Below, piece by piece: positions 52,741 to 63,685 of a stretch of DNA of 64,000 nt. The DNA is from Methanotrichaceae archaeon (lineage in GTDB: Archaea > Halobacteriota > Methanosarcinia > Methanotrichales > Methanotrichaceae): contig CAWEXU010000031.1 in assembly GCA_963813075.1 (NCBI GenBank), positions 192,001 to 256,000 on the forward strand. Direction: 5' to 3'. How positions within the stretch are numbered: the first letter of the stretch is position 1; the number at the start of each line of letters is the position of its first letter. The position numbers and the translations under genes are program-made. The notes under the pieces were generated by a model, which was given only the letters and a program-made list of their open reading frames with translations, was not told the origin of the DNA and did no database searches.

Positions 52741-53250
52741 TTATGCCTCACTCTCCACCACTTCTTCAACCATGACCTCGCCCTCCTCATTCACATAGAT
52801 CCGGGCATACCTCTCCAAAGCCCTCTTCTTGAAGAGCCCTGGAGCCTTACGCCGCAACTGCACCACTACATCCAGAGATGTGACAGGCAATCGTATCCCA
52901 CACTTATCAGCAGCAGCAAAGATCATCTTTGGCAGAAGGAATACGTCCGTCCCCGCCGCAGCCTCGAGAGTGATCGGGGCGCGAATCATCATCCACTGCT
53001 GAACAGTCCTCTCCGCCCGGTCGATGTTCTGGTGAGCCCTCTTCTCCAGGATGCTGATATTGGAACGGGTGGTCCCCAGCCGATCGGCCACATCCTGCTG
53101 AGAGAGGCCCTGATGGCGCATCTGCAGCACCTCAAGCTGCCTTTTGGTCAGAAATGAATGGGAGGGGTATTCAGCTTCATCTTCCGTCACTGCCCTTTCG
53201 GAATCATCCATTTTTCCCGCCCCTTCATCTCCTTCTTCTTCAAAAATCAT
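52741..53250 (-). CDS. tfx: Tfx-family DNA-binding protein
   Basis: LTKRQLEVL..R.QGLSQQDVADRLGTTRSNISILEKRA..NI..A..T. Confidence 0.88.
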   Translation of the reverse strand: MIFEEEGDEGAGKMDDSERAVTEDEAEYPSHSFLTKRQLEVLQMRHQGLSQQDVADRLGTTRSNISILEKRAHQNIDRAERTVQQWMMIRAPITLEAAAGTDVFLLPKMIFAAADKCGIRLPVTSLDVVVQLRRKAPGLFKKRALERYARIYVNEEGEVMVEEVVESEA

Positions 53251-53324
53251 CTTATCATCTCATAAAGAGAAGCTTAAAGAAGATAAAATCATTCTTTTAT
53301 CCTTCTCATCGATCTTCAAATCAT

Positions 53325-54066
53325 CTACCAGGGGGCTGAAATCGCCCGACCAATCTCCCCCATCACCTTCTGCGATCCGAATACTTCATCGGTCCGGCCC
53401 ACGGAGGTGAGCCTGCCCTCCTCTAGCACCGCCACCCTGTCTGCCAGCATCAGTGCCTCCTGCATATTGTGGGTTGCCAGGACAACTGTGGTCTTCTGTC
53501 CAGCCAGGCCCTGCAGTAGGCGGTCGATAGCCTCGACGCTCTTTGGGTCCAGGTTTGCGGTGGGCTCGTCCAATAGCAGCAGCTCCGGCTCCAGGATCAG
53601 AGCCCTGGGCCAGGGCGATCCTCTGCATCTCCCCTCCTGAGAGGGTGTTGGCATCCCTCTTCTCATAGCCGGAGAGTCCGACCGACGATAGTGCTTCCTG
53701 AACCATTCTCTTGTCCTTCTTCCCCCTCATCTTCAGGCCAAAGGAGACATTATGCTCCACATCCGCCCTGAACATCACCGGCTTTTGGAAGACCATAGCC
53801 ATGCGGCGGCGCACAGGAAGCTTTTCACTATCCGGGAGACTTGAGACCTCACGGCCTTCGATTGAAATTCGACCGGAGGTTGGGCCTTCCAGGAGGTTGA
53901 TCAGCCGAAGGAGAGTGGTCTTTCCCGAGCCCGTGGGGCCGATGAGGGCCAGGACCTCGCCCTTCATCACCCTCAGGTTGATATCCTTCAGGATCTCTGC
54001 CTGGCCGTAGCTCTTGGCAAGATCCTCTATCTCCAGGAATGCGCCTTCTCGGGCAATCTCGCTCAA
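53325..54066 (-). CDS. tupC: tungstate ABC transporter ATPase (frameshift)
   Basis: GPTGSGKT, VFQKP, LSGGE, LLLDEPTANLD. Confidence 0.82.
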
Positions 54067-54128
54067 TATATCACCTTAAATCCGTCACTTATCAACATCT
54101 CCCATCCAATCCGTCACCATCGAATCCA

Positions 54129-54812
54129 TCACCCTCTGATCCTTGTCAGGACGAGATTGATCACCAGGGAGATGGAGATGAGAATGATTCCCAGGGCTAT
54201 GGACAGCTCCAGGTTTCCCATTGAGGTCTCTAAAGCTATGGAGGTGGTCAGCACCCGGGTATAGCCGCGGATGTTCCCGCCAATCATCATCGCCACTCCC
54301 ACCTCGGATAGCGCCCGGCCAAAGCCCAGGAGCACAGCAGCCATGACCGCAGCCCGGGCCTCCCTGATCACAGTGGCTATGATCTGCATCTGGTTTGCTC
54401 CCAGCGATCGGGCAGTGTCCTTGATCAGGGGATTTACCTCGGCCAGAGCGGTGATGGTCAGGCCGATCATGATCGGGCAGACCAGAATTGACTGGCCCAG
54501 GATTATGCCATAAGGGGTGAACAGAAGCCCCAGGCCACCAAGGGGACCGGATCGGGAGATGAGGAGGAAGACGAGCAGGCCCACTGTCACCGTGGGCAGG
54601 CTGTAGAGGGTCTGAATCAGATTTATGAGCGCTCCCTTCCCCCAGAACTGGCGGAACTCGATCAGTCCTCCCAAAGGTATGCAGATGATCGAAGCCAGAA
54701 AGGCCGAGGATAAAGAGATGAAAAAAGATCTGGATGTGATCTCCACCACCTGGGGGTCAAGGGTGGCTATCAGCTCAATGGCCCTGAACAGGCCGTTCCA
54801 GATCTCTTCCAA
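54129..54812 (-). CDS. tupB: tungstate ABC transporter permease
   Basis: SRSGPLG..GLLFTP, FGRALSEVG..MMIGGNI.GYTRVLTT.IALET. Confidence 0.9.
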   Translation of the reverse strand: MEEIWNGLFRAIELIATLDPQVVEITSRSFFISLSSAFLASIICIPLGGLIEFRQFWGKGALINLIQTLYSLPTVTVGLLVFLLISRSGPLGGLGLLFTPYGIILGQSILVCPIMIGLTITALAEVNPLIKDTARSLGANQMQIIATVIREARAAVMAAVLLGFGRALSEVGVAMMIGGNIRGYTRVLTTSIALETSMGNLELSIALGIILISISLVINLVLTRIRG

Positions 54813-54914
54813 GTGCGAACACCGCTCGGCTTCTTCTTTTCTGCGATTGTTCTATTCGTCTTCTTTGCTATTTTCTGCTAATTTCTCTTCACTCAATACT
54901 CAATATCCATCCTG

Positions 54915-55865
54915 CTATGCTGCAGCAGCGCAGGCGGCAGCTGTGGGCACAGCGCACTCCTCTTCCGAGCAGCCAATCACATCGCAGTTGCCCCTGGCCG
55001 GGAAGAAGAGAGGCTTTCCGAACTTCTCAGTGCCGAAGCTGGCGATAAGATCCTGGCCCTCTTCAGAGACCAGATAGTCGATGAACTCATTGGCCAGAGC
55101 GCAATTGACCCCTGGATGCTCTTCCGGATTCACCACCATGCCCACGTAAACATTCAGGAGCTCGTCTCCTCCCTCAATCAGGCTGATCAGACTCAAGTTG
55201 CCCTGATAGGACATGAACGTGGACATATCGGTCAATGTGTAAGCCTGCAGTTCACTGGCCATGTTCAAGGTGGCCCCCATCCCCTGGCCGGCATCAATGT
55301 ACCAGGATTTGGTGCTGTTGGCCTCGCTATTATTATAGACATCACTGTAGTTGTAGCCGGCATTCTTCCACAGGAGCTTCTCCCGGGCATGAGTGCCTGA
55401 GTCATCCCCTCTGGAGACGAACTTCACCGAATCCGGGTCCACCATACCCCTGGCCATGATGGTCGCCAGGGCTCAAGATGCGTTCATGCCCCGGACCCCT
55501 GCCGGATCGTTCTCGGGTCCGACCAGATAGAAGTAGTTGTAGGCAATGCACCTTCTCTCCAGGCCATGCCCATCCTCGATGAACTTGAGCTCTCTTACCT
55601 TATCATGGACCAGGAGAACATCCACGTCTCCCCTCTCACCGTACTGGATGGCGATTCCCGTTCCCCCGGAGACCACGTCCAGGGATACATTATGAGATTG
55701 GTCGAACTCGTCCTTGATCAGGTCAAGAAGGCCCGTATCCTGCAGGCTGGTGGTGGTCGCCAACTTCAGCCTTTCCCCTTCTGCGGCAAGAGCGCTGCTG
55801 CAAAGGGCTGCTGCTAGCAGGAGCAGCAGAGATATTCTGAGAATATTTCCGGTCATGCTTATCAC
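54915..55865 (-). CDS. tupA: tungstate-binding protein (frameshift near 55473)
   Basis: LATTTSLQDTGLL, GTGIA, FVSRGDDSGTH, GQGMG. Confidence 0.9.
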
Positions 55866-55882
55866 AGCAGTTAAGCAGAAGG

Positions 55883-55908
55883 GCTAACCATAAATAGGTT
55901 ATGTTAGC
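55883..55908. promoter_or_regulatory. inverted repeat upstream of tupA, candidate operator
   Basis: gctaaccataa-atagg-ttatgttagc. Confidence 0.45.
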
Positions 55909-56084
55909 AAAATTCAACAGGAATGAGGTCATTAATGAAAGGCAAAGGTTTAGTTGATATATTATGGAATATACGTATATATGATAAGGATATTTATGTG
56001 ATATAGGCAAGGATAATTCGCAGAAAGAGTATCTACTGCCTAACTGGACCGAGAAGCGGGGCTTAAGATATTGCAGGTGTTAAT

Positions 56085-56694
56085 ATGATATATAGCAAAA
56101 ATAGCAAAATATTGCTTTGCGTGATGACGCTATTTTTCCTTGCGTTTCAGGCATACGCTGAATTGGAAAGCACAAACGATAAAAATTTAAATATGTCAAA
56201 TGAATCCAGCGGAGGCGAATTCGCTGAGGCATATGTGATCGAATTGAAGAAAAAACGGAGAATAATTCGCAATATTGAATGACAAAAACTCTGGAGTCAG
56301 GTGTAAGTTATTGCCTTGGCGAAGTATTGGTACACAGGACTCTACAGTCGGCTTGTAGTAATGTCTATAGCCCCAGGCGAGGATATTGGAAAGGACGACT
56401 CACTTGGCTGTAGATCAATTCATCAGAGTCGAGTCAGGTACTGGAAAGGCTATCTTGAATAGCACAGAGTACGACATTGCGTAGATGGATCTGCGTCTGA
56501 TTCCTGCAGGTATGATACATAATATCATCAATCCCTCTGATTCAGAGCCCTTGAAGCTTTATACCATCTACTCGCCACCAAATCATCCGCCAGGCACAAT
56601 CAACGTGGACAAAGCCGCGGCATTGGCCCATGAAAATTATGAAGTAGATGATGAAGTAGATGAAGAGGTAGATGAAGAGGCAAATGAAGATTAA
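56085..56694 (+). CDS. secreted cupin-domain protein with acidic tail (multiple frameshifts)
   Basis: VVMSIAPGEDIG..H..DQFIRVESGTG, IPAGMIHNIIN..PLKLYTIYSPPNHP. Confidence 0.7.
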
Positions 56695-56848
56695 CATTAG
56701 AGCGTATTGAAGTATCGTTTCCTGACCGGCATAATCGGTCAGAATAATTTTTTGCATATGGCTCGGGTTGAACGAGATTAGTATCAATTTCAAGCCCCTG
56801 ATAACCGAAAAGTTCCACAATCTTGATTAACTTGAAGAGACTAGCCCT

Positions 56849-57808
56849 GTGATGATGCTAAAGAACAGATCCATCCTCGTCACCGGAGGTGCAGGCTTCA
56901 TAGGCAGCCACCTGGTGGGAAGGCTGCTATTGGATAATGAGGTGACAGTGCTGGACAACTTCAGTTCAGGAAGAATGGAGTTCCTCGCGCCTTATCAGGA
57001 TATTCCGGGTTTTCACCTCCTGACTGGCGACCTCAAAAATTCCGAATTGCTGGATAAGGCGGTATCAGGAAAGGACTTCATCTTTCATTTGGCCGCCAAT
57101 CCGGATGTGAAACTTGGAGCGGAGGACACCCATGTTCACCTGGAGCAGAATGTTCTGGCCACCTATAATCTCCTGGAGGCGATGAGAAAGAATGGCGTCC
57201 GCAAGATGGCATTCACCTCCACCTCCACCGTCTACGGCGAGGCGGCGCTGGTTCCCACTCCCGAGAACTACGGGCCGCTTTTGCCCATATCTCTTTATGG
57301 GGCCTCCAAGCTCTGCTGCGAGGCGCTGATCTCTTCTTACTGCCATACCTTCGAGATGCAGTCCTGGATCTACCGCTTTGCCAATATCGTGGGCGAGCGG
57401 GGGACACATGGAGTCCTGGTGGACTTCATCAGAAAGCTGCGGGAAAATCCCGGGAAGCTGGAGATCTTGGGCTCAGGAAAGCAGCGCAAGTCCTACCTGG
57501 AGGTGAAAGATTGCGTCCGGGCCATGATTCATGCCGTGGAGCACTCCACGGACGAGGTCAATGTCTTCAACATAGGATCTGAGGACTCGATTGATGTCAC
57601 CGGGATTGCAGATATCGTGGCCAGACAGATGGGCCTCTACGGGGTCGAGTACAACTACACCGGCGGAGTCGATGGCCGGGGGTGGAAGGGAGACGTAAAG
57701 CTGATGCTCCTTTCCATTGAGAAGATCAAGAGGCTGGGCTGGAGCCCGGAATTGGGATCGGCCAGGGCCCTGGAAGTGGCAGTGAAGGCGCTTCTTGAGG
57801 ATTCTTAA
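56849..57808 (+). CDS. NAD-dependent epimerase/dehydratase (GalE-like)
   Basis: VTGGAGFIGSH, HLAA, STSTVYG, YGASK. Confidence 0.93.
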   Translation: MMMLKNRSILVTGGAGFIGSHLVGRLLLDNEVTVLDNFSSGRMEFLAPYQDIPGFHLLTGDLKNSELLDKAVSGKDFIFHLAANPDVKLGAEDTHVHLEQNVLATYNLLEAMRKNGVRKMAFTSTSTVYGEAALVPTPENYGPLLPISLYGASKLCCEALISSYCHTFEMQSWIYRFANIVGERGTHGVLVDFIRKLRENPGKLEILGSGKQRKSYLEVKDCVRAMIHAVEHSTDEVNVFNIGSEDSIDVTGIADIVARQMGLYGVEYNYTGGVDGRGWKGDVKLMLLSIEKIKRLGWSPELGSARALEVAVKALLEDS

Positions 57809-57930
57809 AGATTCTAAAGATACCAATAATAAAGACACATAAAATAAAGATACATAAAAAGTAACGAAAGAAAGATCAAAAGGAAAAAATTGGGCATCTT
57901 TCTTTTGCCCACTCATTTTTTGCCCCGGCC

Positions 57931-58957
57931 TTATGTCACATTGCTGACTGCCCAACTGGTTTCCTTCCACCAGTCGCCCTCCAGCAGGGTGGCATTGTAG
58001 CCCATAAGCCGGAGGCTGAAAAAGAGGCTGTAGGCCTCTGGCGTTCCATAGACAATGGCAGTCCCGGACTCATCCAGCCGGCGGCCAAAGAGGTCCTCCA
58101 GGGTACCGGCATCTTTAATCTTTGAATCCTTGTAGATCTTATCCAGGCTCAGGGGTATGGCCTCATTGGTGATCCTGTCCTTGCCGTATTCAGAAAAGTC
58201 CCGCGCATCCAGAATGCTGACATCGGCCATCTGGAGCATGCCATCAAGGCTCTCTGGGGTCACCAGGAGCCCTGGCACTATATGGCTGGTGTAGTTGGCG
58301 GGTTCAGGAGAGGGCGCGTTTGCGCTCAGGGACAATCCTGCGCTCAGGGCGGCATCAATTCCTCCGTCCAACAGGCTTACGTCCTCATGCCCGAGGTAGG
58401 AGAGGGCCCAGAAGACAAAAGGCGCACCATGATCGCTGGAATCGCCATAGATGAGGAGCCGGTCGCTGGCAGTTATGCCCGCCCGGCCTAAAGCGTCCTG
58501 GGCCAGGCTCGGATCCAGGACTCCATCCCTTTGCAGGTCTTTCCAGTAGAGGTTGCGAGCGTCCGGGATATGCCCCTCCTGATAATCTTGAGCAGAGCGC
58601 ACATCCAGAACAACTCGATCGCTTTCGATCGAATTCGCCTGGGTGAGGATGGAAGCGACAGGATAGTTCGCCGGCTCTTCAGCGGGCGTTGATATGGCGT
58701 TGGTCGGTGAATTTCCCGTGTTCTTGCTGGACGGGAGGGCTTGGGCTTTGCATGCCATTCTCATAGGACTCCTTCTGGGCATACCAGCCGTCCAGGTTCG
58801 TCCAGTCCGGGCAGGTGGGACAGAACTCCCCGGTCTCCGTGCCTGCCAGTGCAGTGCTAAATAACGTAATTATAGAAATGGCCGCCAGCAGGGATATGAA
58901 AAAAGCAGATCCTGCAGTCTTTCCTGGCTGCCTTTGACCAGATAAACTAAACCCCAT
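57931..58957 (-). CDS. exported tandem-rhodanese (sulfurtransferase-like) protein (frameshift)
   Basis: LDVRS..DYQEGHIPDA, LLDGG, ILDAR; N-terminal signal and CPTC. Confidence 0.8.
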
Positions 58958-59129
58958 CGAAATCACTCCCTGGGTACGGAGTTTTTCCACTATTTCAGGC
59001 TTACCTTACCTGAACGTTAACTTTAAATACACAATGTTGCTCATCATAGCTAAATAATATACTACAATGCACTAACTTGTACATTAAAAGAACGATATCA
59101 AGAAATCAGGATAAGTCATAATTCAGGAG

Positions 59130-59945
59130 TTGCCGAGAGTGAGAGGGACATCGATTCGCATGGAGAGGATATTCAACCGCAGTACCGGAAACGCAGTCAT
59201 AATACCCATGGACCACGGGGTGACCGTTGGACCGATCAAGGGCATCAAGAGCGTCAAGAACATCGCCGATGCCGTAGCTCGGGGAGGAGCGGATGCCGCG
59301 GTGGTGCACAAGGGAGCGGCCACCTTCGGCCATCGAGGCTACGGCCGGGATCTCGGCCTGATCATTCACCTTTCCGCCTCCACCGCCCTGGGACCGGATC
59401 CGAACAACAAGGTCCTGGTGGCCACGGTCGAAGAGGCCCTGAAGATCGGAGCGGATGCGGTGAGCATTCACGTCAATGTGGGGGCAGAGGATGAGAGCCG
59501 CATGCTCTCGACCTTAGGCGAGATATCCCGCCACTGCCAGGAATGGGGCATGCCTCTCCTGGCCATGATGTACCCCCGGGGGAAGAAGATCAAGGACGAG
59601 TACTCTGCAGAGAGCATCGCCCATGCCGCCCGGGTGGGGGCGGAGCTGGGGGCGGATATCGTCAAGACCAACTACTCCGGAGACCCGGAGAGCTTTGTCG
59701 AGGTGGTTGAGAGCTGCCCGGTTCCGGTGGTGATTGCAGGCGGTCCCAAGGTGGAGACGGAGCTGGACCTACTCCGCATGGTGGAGGGGGCGATCAATTC
59801 CGGAGCGCGGGGAGTGGCCATTGGCAGAAACGTCTTCCAGCATCAGGATCCTGAGCTGATCACGAGAAGGATCTGCGGAGTGGTGCACAAAGGGCTCAAG
59901 GCGGAAGAGGCGGCAGCTTTAGAAGGGCCTGCGAGGGGCTCTTAG
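59130..59945 (+). CDS. aroA': 2-amino-3,7-dideoxy-D-threo-hept-6-ulosonate synthase (MJ0400-type aldolase)
   Basis: [36 protein letters not shown]. Confidence 0.88.
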   Translation: MPRVRGTSIRMERIFNRSTGNAVIIPMDHGVTVGPIKGIKSVKNIADAVARGGADAAVVHKGAATFGHRGYGRDLGLIIHLSASTALGPDPNNKVLVATVEEALKIGADAVSIHVNVGAEDESRMLSTLGEISRHCQEWGMPLLAMMYPRGKKIKDEYSAESIAHAARVGAELGADIVKTNYSGDPESFVEVVESCPVPVVIAGGPKVETELDLLRMVEGAINSGARGVAIGRNVFQHQDPELITRRICGVVHKGLKAEEAAALEGPARGS

Positions 59946-60173
59946 ATCTGATCGATTGGGGGGGCAGAAAGGGAAAAATTATCGCTCCCCTGAATTGTGT
60001 TGGCTGCAGGATAATTAGTGCTCTGTGGGTGACCGCGTGCTCCTCCGCCCGCAGGGCTGATAGGCCTGAAAGGCTAGAGCCTGCTGGGTCCGTCCATGGC
60101 AAAAGAGCTGATGACCTCAAGATTGAGATTCTAAGATAGAGTTATATCTCCCGACGTTGCATGAACTTCTAAT

Positions 60174-60416
60174 ATGTTCTGCGAATACATCCAGGCTGCC
60201 ATCTCTAAGGCGGTCTATGAAGTCATAGATGATGAAGAGCCTTATTACGGCGAAGTGCCAGAATTGAAAGGTGTTTGGGCAACCGGCAAAACCGAGGAAG
60301 ATTGCCAGGAAAATTTGAGGATGGCCATAGAAGACTGGATTGCGTTTAGTCTGCGATTCAATTTGCCTATCCCGGTTATTGAAGGCCAGACCATAAGAGC
60401 ACCAGTCGAGGCATGA
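60174..60416 (+). CDS. hicB: HicB-like antitoxin
   Basis: YYGEVPELKGVWATGKT.E.C..NL..AIEDW. Confidence 0.88.
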   Translation: MFCEYIQAAISKAVYEVIDDEEPYYGEVPELKGVWATGKTEEDCQENLRMAIEDWIAFSLRFNLPIPVIEGQTIRAPVEA

Positions 60417-60640
60417 GCACGTCAAGGTTATGTCCGGTTTCGTGGAATGAACTCATAAGAAAGTTGCATGCTCTCGGATTCGAAGGCCCTTATACCGGCA
60501 AAGGACCGCATCCCATAATGCGGAAAGGAATTATTAGAGTTATGGTCCCAAATCCACATCGAGCTGATGTTAGCGTCGACCTTATAAAGAAAATCCTCAG
60601 GCAAGGCGAGATCAGCAGAGAAGAATGGCTTTCTGCTTAG
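60413..60640 (+). CDS. hicA: HicA toxin
   Basis: LHALGF...GKGPH.IMRK....VPNPH...V....IKKILRQ. Confidence 0.88.
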   Translation: MSTSRLCPVSWNELIRKLHALGFEGPYTGKGPHPIMRKGIIRVMVPNPHRADVSVDLIKKILRQGEISREEWLSA

Positions 60641-60823
60641 CAAAAAGCGCAGGCTGCTGGCTCCGGCTCATACTATTCACATTTGCAGCTCGTCGATGTT
60701 TTGGCGAAAGCATATTGATAGCATGATGCCAAAGGTCCTTTAAGATCAGTTATGATTATCTGCTTCTTCCTCATTGAGCTTGCCCAACACAATTCTATGT
60801 CGGTGTCTCGTTCTGTAAAGCCG

Positions 60824-61021
60824 TCAAATATTCCGACGTTCAGCTTCCAATTGCAGTAAAATGTCGTCTTCCACAGGCTCAAGGTACAATTCAATCGCCT
60901 CTCGAATGTTCTTTATCGCCTCTTCTCGCGTGCTGCCCTCACTGATGCATCCGGGGAGGTCTGGCACGAGCACTGTGAATCCGGCTTCTTCGCTTGGTTC
61001 AAGGATCACTGCAAGTTTCAT
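60824..61021 (-). CDS. orphan short HicB-like antitoxin
   Basis: GFTVLVPDLPGCISEGSTREEAIKNIREAIELYLE. Confidence 0.85.
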   Translation of the reverse strand: MKLAVILEPSEEAGFTVLVPDLPGCISEGSTREEAIKNIREAIELYLEPVEDDILLQLEAERRNI

Positions 61022-61153
61022 GGTGTCTCTCCAATCTATTCTTTGTCCTGATAGATCTAATAGATTTCCTATGAGCGTCTCTATGAACTCTGTGTCTCTT
61101 TGGAGTGAATTTGCAGGTAGGCGCAGAAATCCAGAATTTTTTTATAAACTAGA

Positions 61154-62305
61154 TCACCTTCCGAAATAGGCTGCCACCTTTTTGAGCTCTTCTCGGATCT
61201 GGATTCCCTGGGGACACTTCTGCTCGCATTCTCCGCACTCCTCACACTGGGACGCCACTCCGGGGCTTCCTCCGAAAAAGCCTCCCAATGATATATTATA
61301 GTTGATGCCGGCCACGTCTGGTGCATCGAACATGCACCCTTGATTGTACATCTCAAAGCATTCCGGGATGCTGACGCCTGAAGGACAGGGCATGCAGTAT
61401 CTGCAACCGGTACAGGGAACCTTGATGCGCTTCTTGTACTCGATCTCTGCCTCTTTAAACAGATCCAGCTCCTCCCTGGATAAAGAGTCTGATAGACCGT
61501 TTTCGGCATAAGCCACATTCTGCCGAACCTGCTCCGGGCTGGACATGCCGGATAGAACCACTGTCACCTCAGGATGATTCCACACCCACCTCAGCGCCCA
61601 CTCTGTAGGGCTCCTCTGAACTTCAGCCTTCTTCCAGATGCTGTTTATGGATGGAATATCCTTGGTGAGCATGCCCCCTCGCAAGGGCTCCATGATCACA
61701 ATGCCAAGATTTCGGTCAGCTGCATATCTGAGCCCTTCAGTCCCTGCCTGATATTGCTCATCCATGAAGTTGTACTGGATCTGGCAGAATGTCCAGTCAT
61801 AATCGTCCACGATCTGCTTGAACAGGGGCAGTTCATCATGGAAGGAAAAGCCGGCATATTTGATTCTCCCATCGGCCAGGGCATCGTCCAGAAAGTCGGT
61901 TATGCCCAATTCCAGCAGCTTTTCCCAGAAGGGATTCATCAATCCATGCACCAGGTAAAAATCGATGTGATCGGTCTGGAGCCGCTTGAGCTGCTCGTTC
62001 AGATAGCGATCCATATCGGCCCGTGATTGGACCATCCAGATGGGGAGTTTGGTGGCGAGCTGAATCCTCTCCCGGTAGCCTCCCTGCAGAGCCCGGCCAA
62101 GGAAAGGCTCGCTCTCTCCGTTGTGGTAGGGATATGCGGTGTCGATGTAGTTCACGCCCTGATCGATGGCATATCTGAGCATTTCAGCCGCCTGGCTCTC
62201 GTCTATTTTGCCATCCGCGGTTACGGGCAGGCGCATGCATCCGAAGCCGAGTATGGAGAGATCGAGCCTGGCTTTCTTCATTCTTCTGTAGAGCATAGTT
62301 CCCAC
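61154..62305 (-). CDS. aldo/keto reductase with C-terminal 4Fe-4S domain
   Basis: LGFGCMRLP, YIDTAYPY, ATKLP, CTGCRYCMPCP, CEECGECEQKCP. Confidence 0.93.
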   Translation of the reverse strand: MGTMLYRRMKKARLDLSILGFGCMRLPVTADGKIDESQAAEMLRYAIDQGVNYIDTAYPYHNGESEPFLGRALQGGYRERIQLATKLPIWMVQSRADMDRYLNEQLKRLQTDHIDFYLVHGLMNPFWEKLLELGITDFLDDALADGRIKYAGFSFHDELPLFKQIVDDYDWTFCQIQYNFMDEQYQAGTEGLRYAADRNLGIVIMEPLRGGMLTKDIPSINSIWKKAEVQRSPTEWALRWVWNHPEVTVVLSGMSSPEQVRQNVAYAENGLSDSLSREELDLFKEAEIEYKKRIKVPCTGCRYCMPCPSGVSIPECFEMYNQGCMFDAPDVAGINYNISLGGFFGGSPGVASQCEECGECEQKCPQGIQIREELKKVAAYFGR

Positions 62306-62423
62306 TTCTTTCTGCTTGATCTAATATATTTCTCATTGGGTGGGGTAGTTCGTCCCCTCTCATGTCATCCAGTCATCCACTGGCCAGAAAAGTTAAAAAG
62401 ATGCAAGACCTTCCATTGGACTT

Positions 62424-63560
62424 ATGAGAAAGCGGCCGGGATCTGCCTTTGAAGCTACTGTTTTCGCAATATTTGCCCTTGCCCTTATATTCTTCGCCCT
62501 GCTACCCATTTTCCCGGCCGCTGCCGCCTTGAATTCTGGAGAGGGTGAGACGGGTGTTGCTCCGGCTATCGAGATCTCATCTATCCAGGGCCGGCTGGAT
62601 CTAGAAGAGCCCTTCCACAGTCGCCGTTGTCCTATTCAACAACGCCTCGGATCAGGGGGAGGTCTATGAGACGGACCTTGACCCGGCCAGCGGCCAGGAG
62701 CATTACAGCGGAGCTTGTAAGCGACGACGGCAGGATCCAGGTATTATCCGGGCCCCAGATGGCCGGCTCCCTCGGTCCGAAGGAGAACACCACGGTGGAG
62801 TTCATGGCCCTGGCGGAGGGGGCAGAGGTGGGCATTTATCCCGCCCGGCTGCGGCTGAACTACTCACACCTGGAAAGGGTTTCGACCTCCAGCCAGGATA
62901 TAGCGCCTGATATCATTTTCGTCTATGAAGAGGGATCTCAGTGAGCTGCCCCTGCCGGTCAAAGTGGTCCTCGGGCCGAAGATAAGGATCCTGGAGGTCA
63001 GGGGAAAGGCAAGGCCTGGGGAGGCGTCCGGCCTGGAGGTGGTGGTGGCCAACGAGGGAGACGAGACCGCCTTTGACCTCCGGCTGGAGGCAAGAGCCAT
63101 TCCCCCATTCCTCCGGGCAGGAGATGAATTAGGAGGATTAGGAGGATTAGGAGGATTAGGAGAATTAGGAGATGAATCGGGTGAAGGACCAAACCAGAAG
63201 GACCTCAAGAATATCGAGGCGGGATCTGAAGCATCCTTTGACCTCGTGCTCCTCACCGAGGCCAATGCCACACCCGGATACGCTCCCCTCCCCTGCAGCA
63301 TATCTTATCGGATCTTTTCTCCGGGGGAGGACAGGGACCTAATGAGCGGGGGAAGCGAGAGGAAGGAGGATATCGCCCTGCTGGTGATGATAGGAGAGGA
63401 CTCTTATCTTGAGGACTGGATGATCTTTTTTGCCGGTCTAGTCATCCTTCTCATCCTGGCGGCTGCATACATATATTTCAAGCATTTCAAGCGAAATGGA
63501 CCCGGCAGCCGCAGCATCTTCGGCAGAAAGAAAAAGCCCCCCAAGAGCCTGTTGGGCTGA
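62424..63560 (+). CDS. S-layer-like (COG1361-type) secreted protein with C-terminal anchor (frameshifts)
   Basis: signal peptide, GIYPARLRLNY, VVVANEG, C-terminal TM and basic tail. Confidence 0.7.
63128..63172. repeat. 9-bp in-frame tandem repeat (attaggagr) x5
   Basis: encodes LGGLGGLGGLGELGD. Confidence 0.9.
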
Positions 63561-63588
63561 AATACGGTGCAGTAATAAGGGAATAAAA

Positions 63589-63613
63589 CGCAGAGGCGCA
63601 GAGCGCGCAGAGG
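63589..63613. repeat. REP-like short repeat (cgcagag units)
   Basis: cgcagaggcgcagagcgcgcagagg between convergent genes. Confidence 0.5.
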
Positions 63614-63685
63614 ACGACAGCCCCAGGGGCTTTTCGAGGTTGAATGGAAAGGAGAAAAGAAGATGAGCGTCTCTGTGGATAAAGT

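Noticed and set aside
60108..60135. Hammerhead ribozyme or box C/D RNA at ctgatga
   Set aside because: No GAAA after the ctc/gag stem and no downstream CTGA box D at a suitable distance
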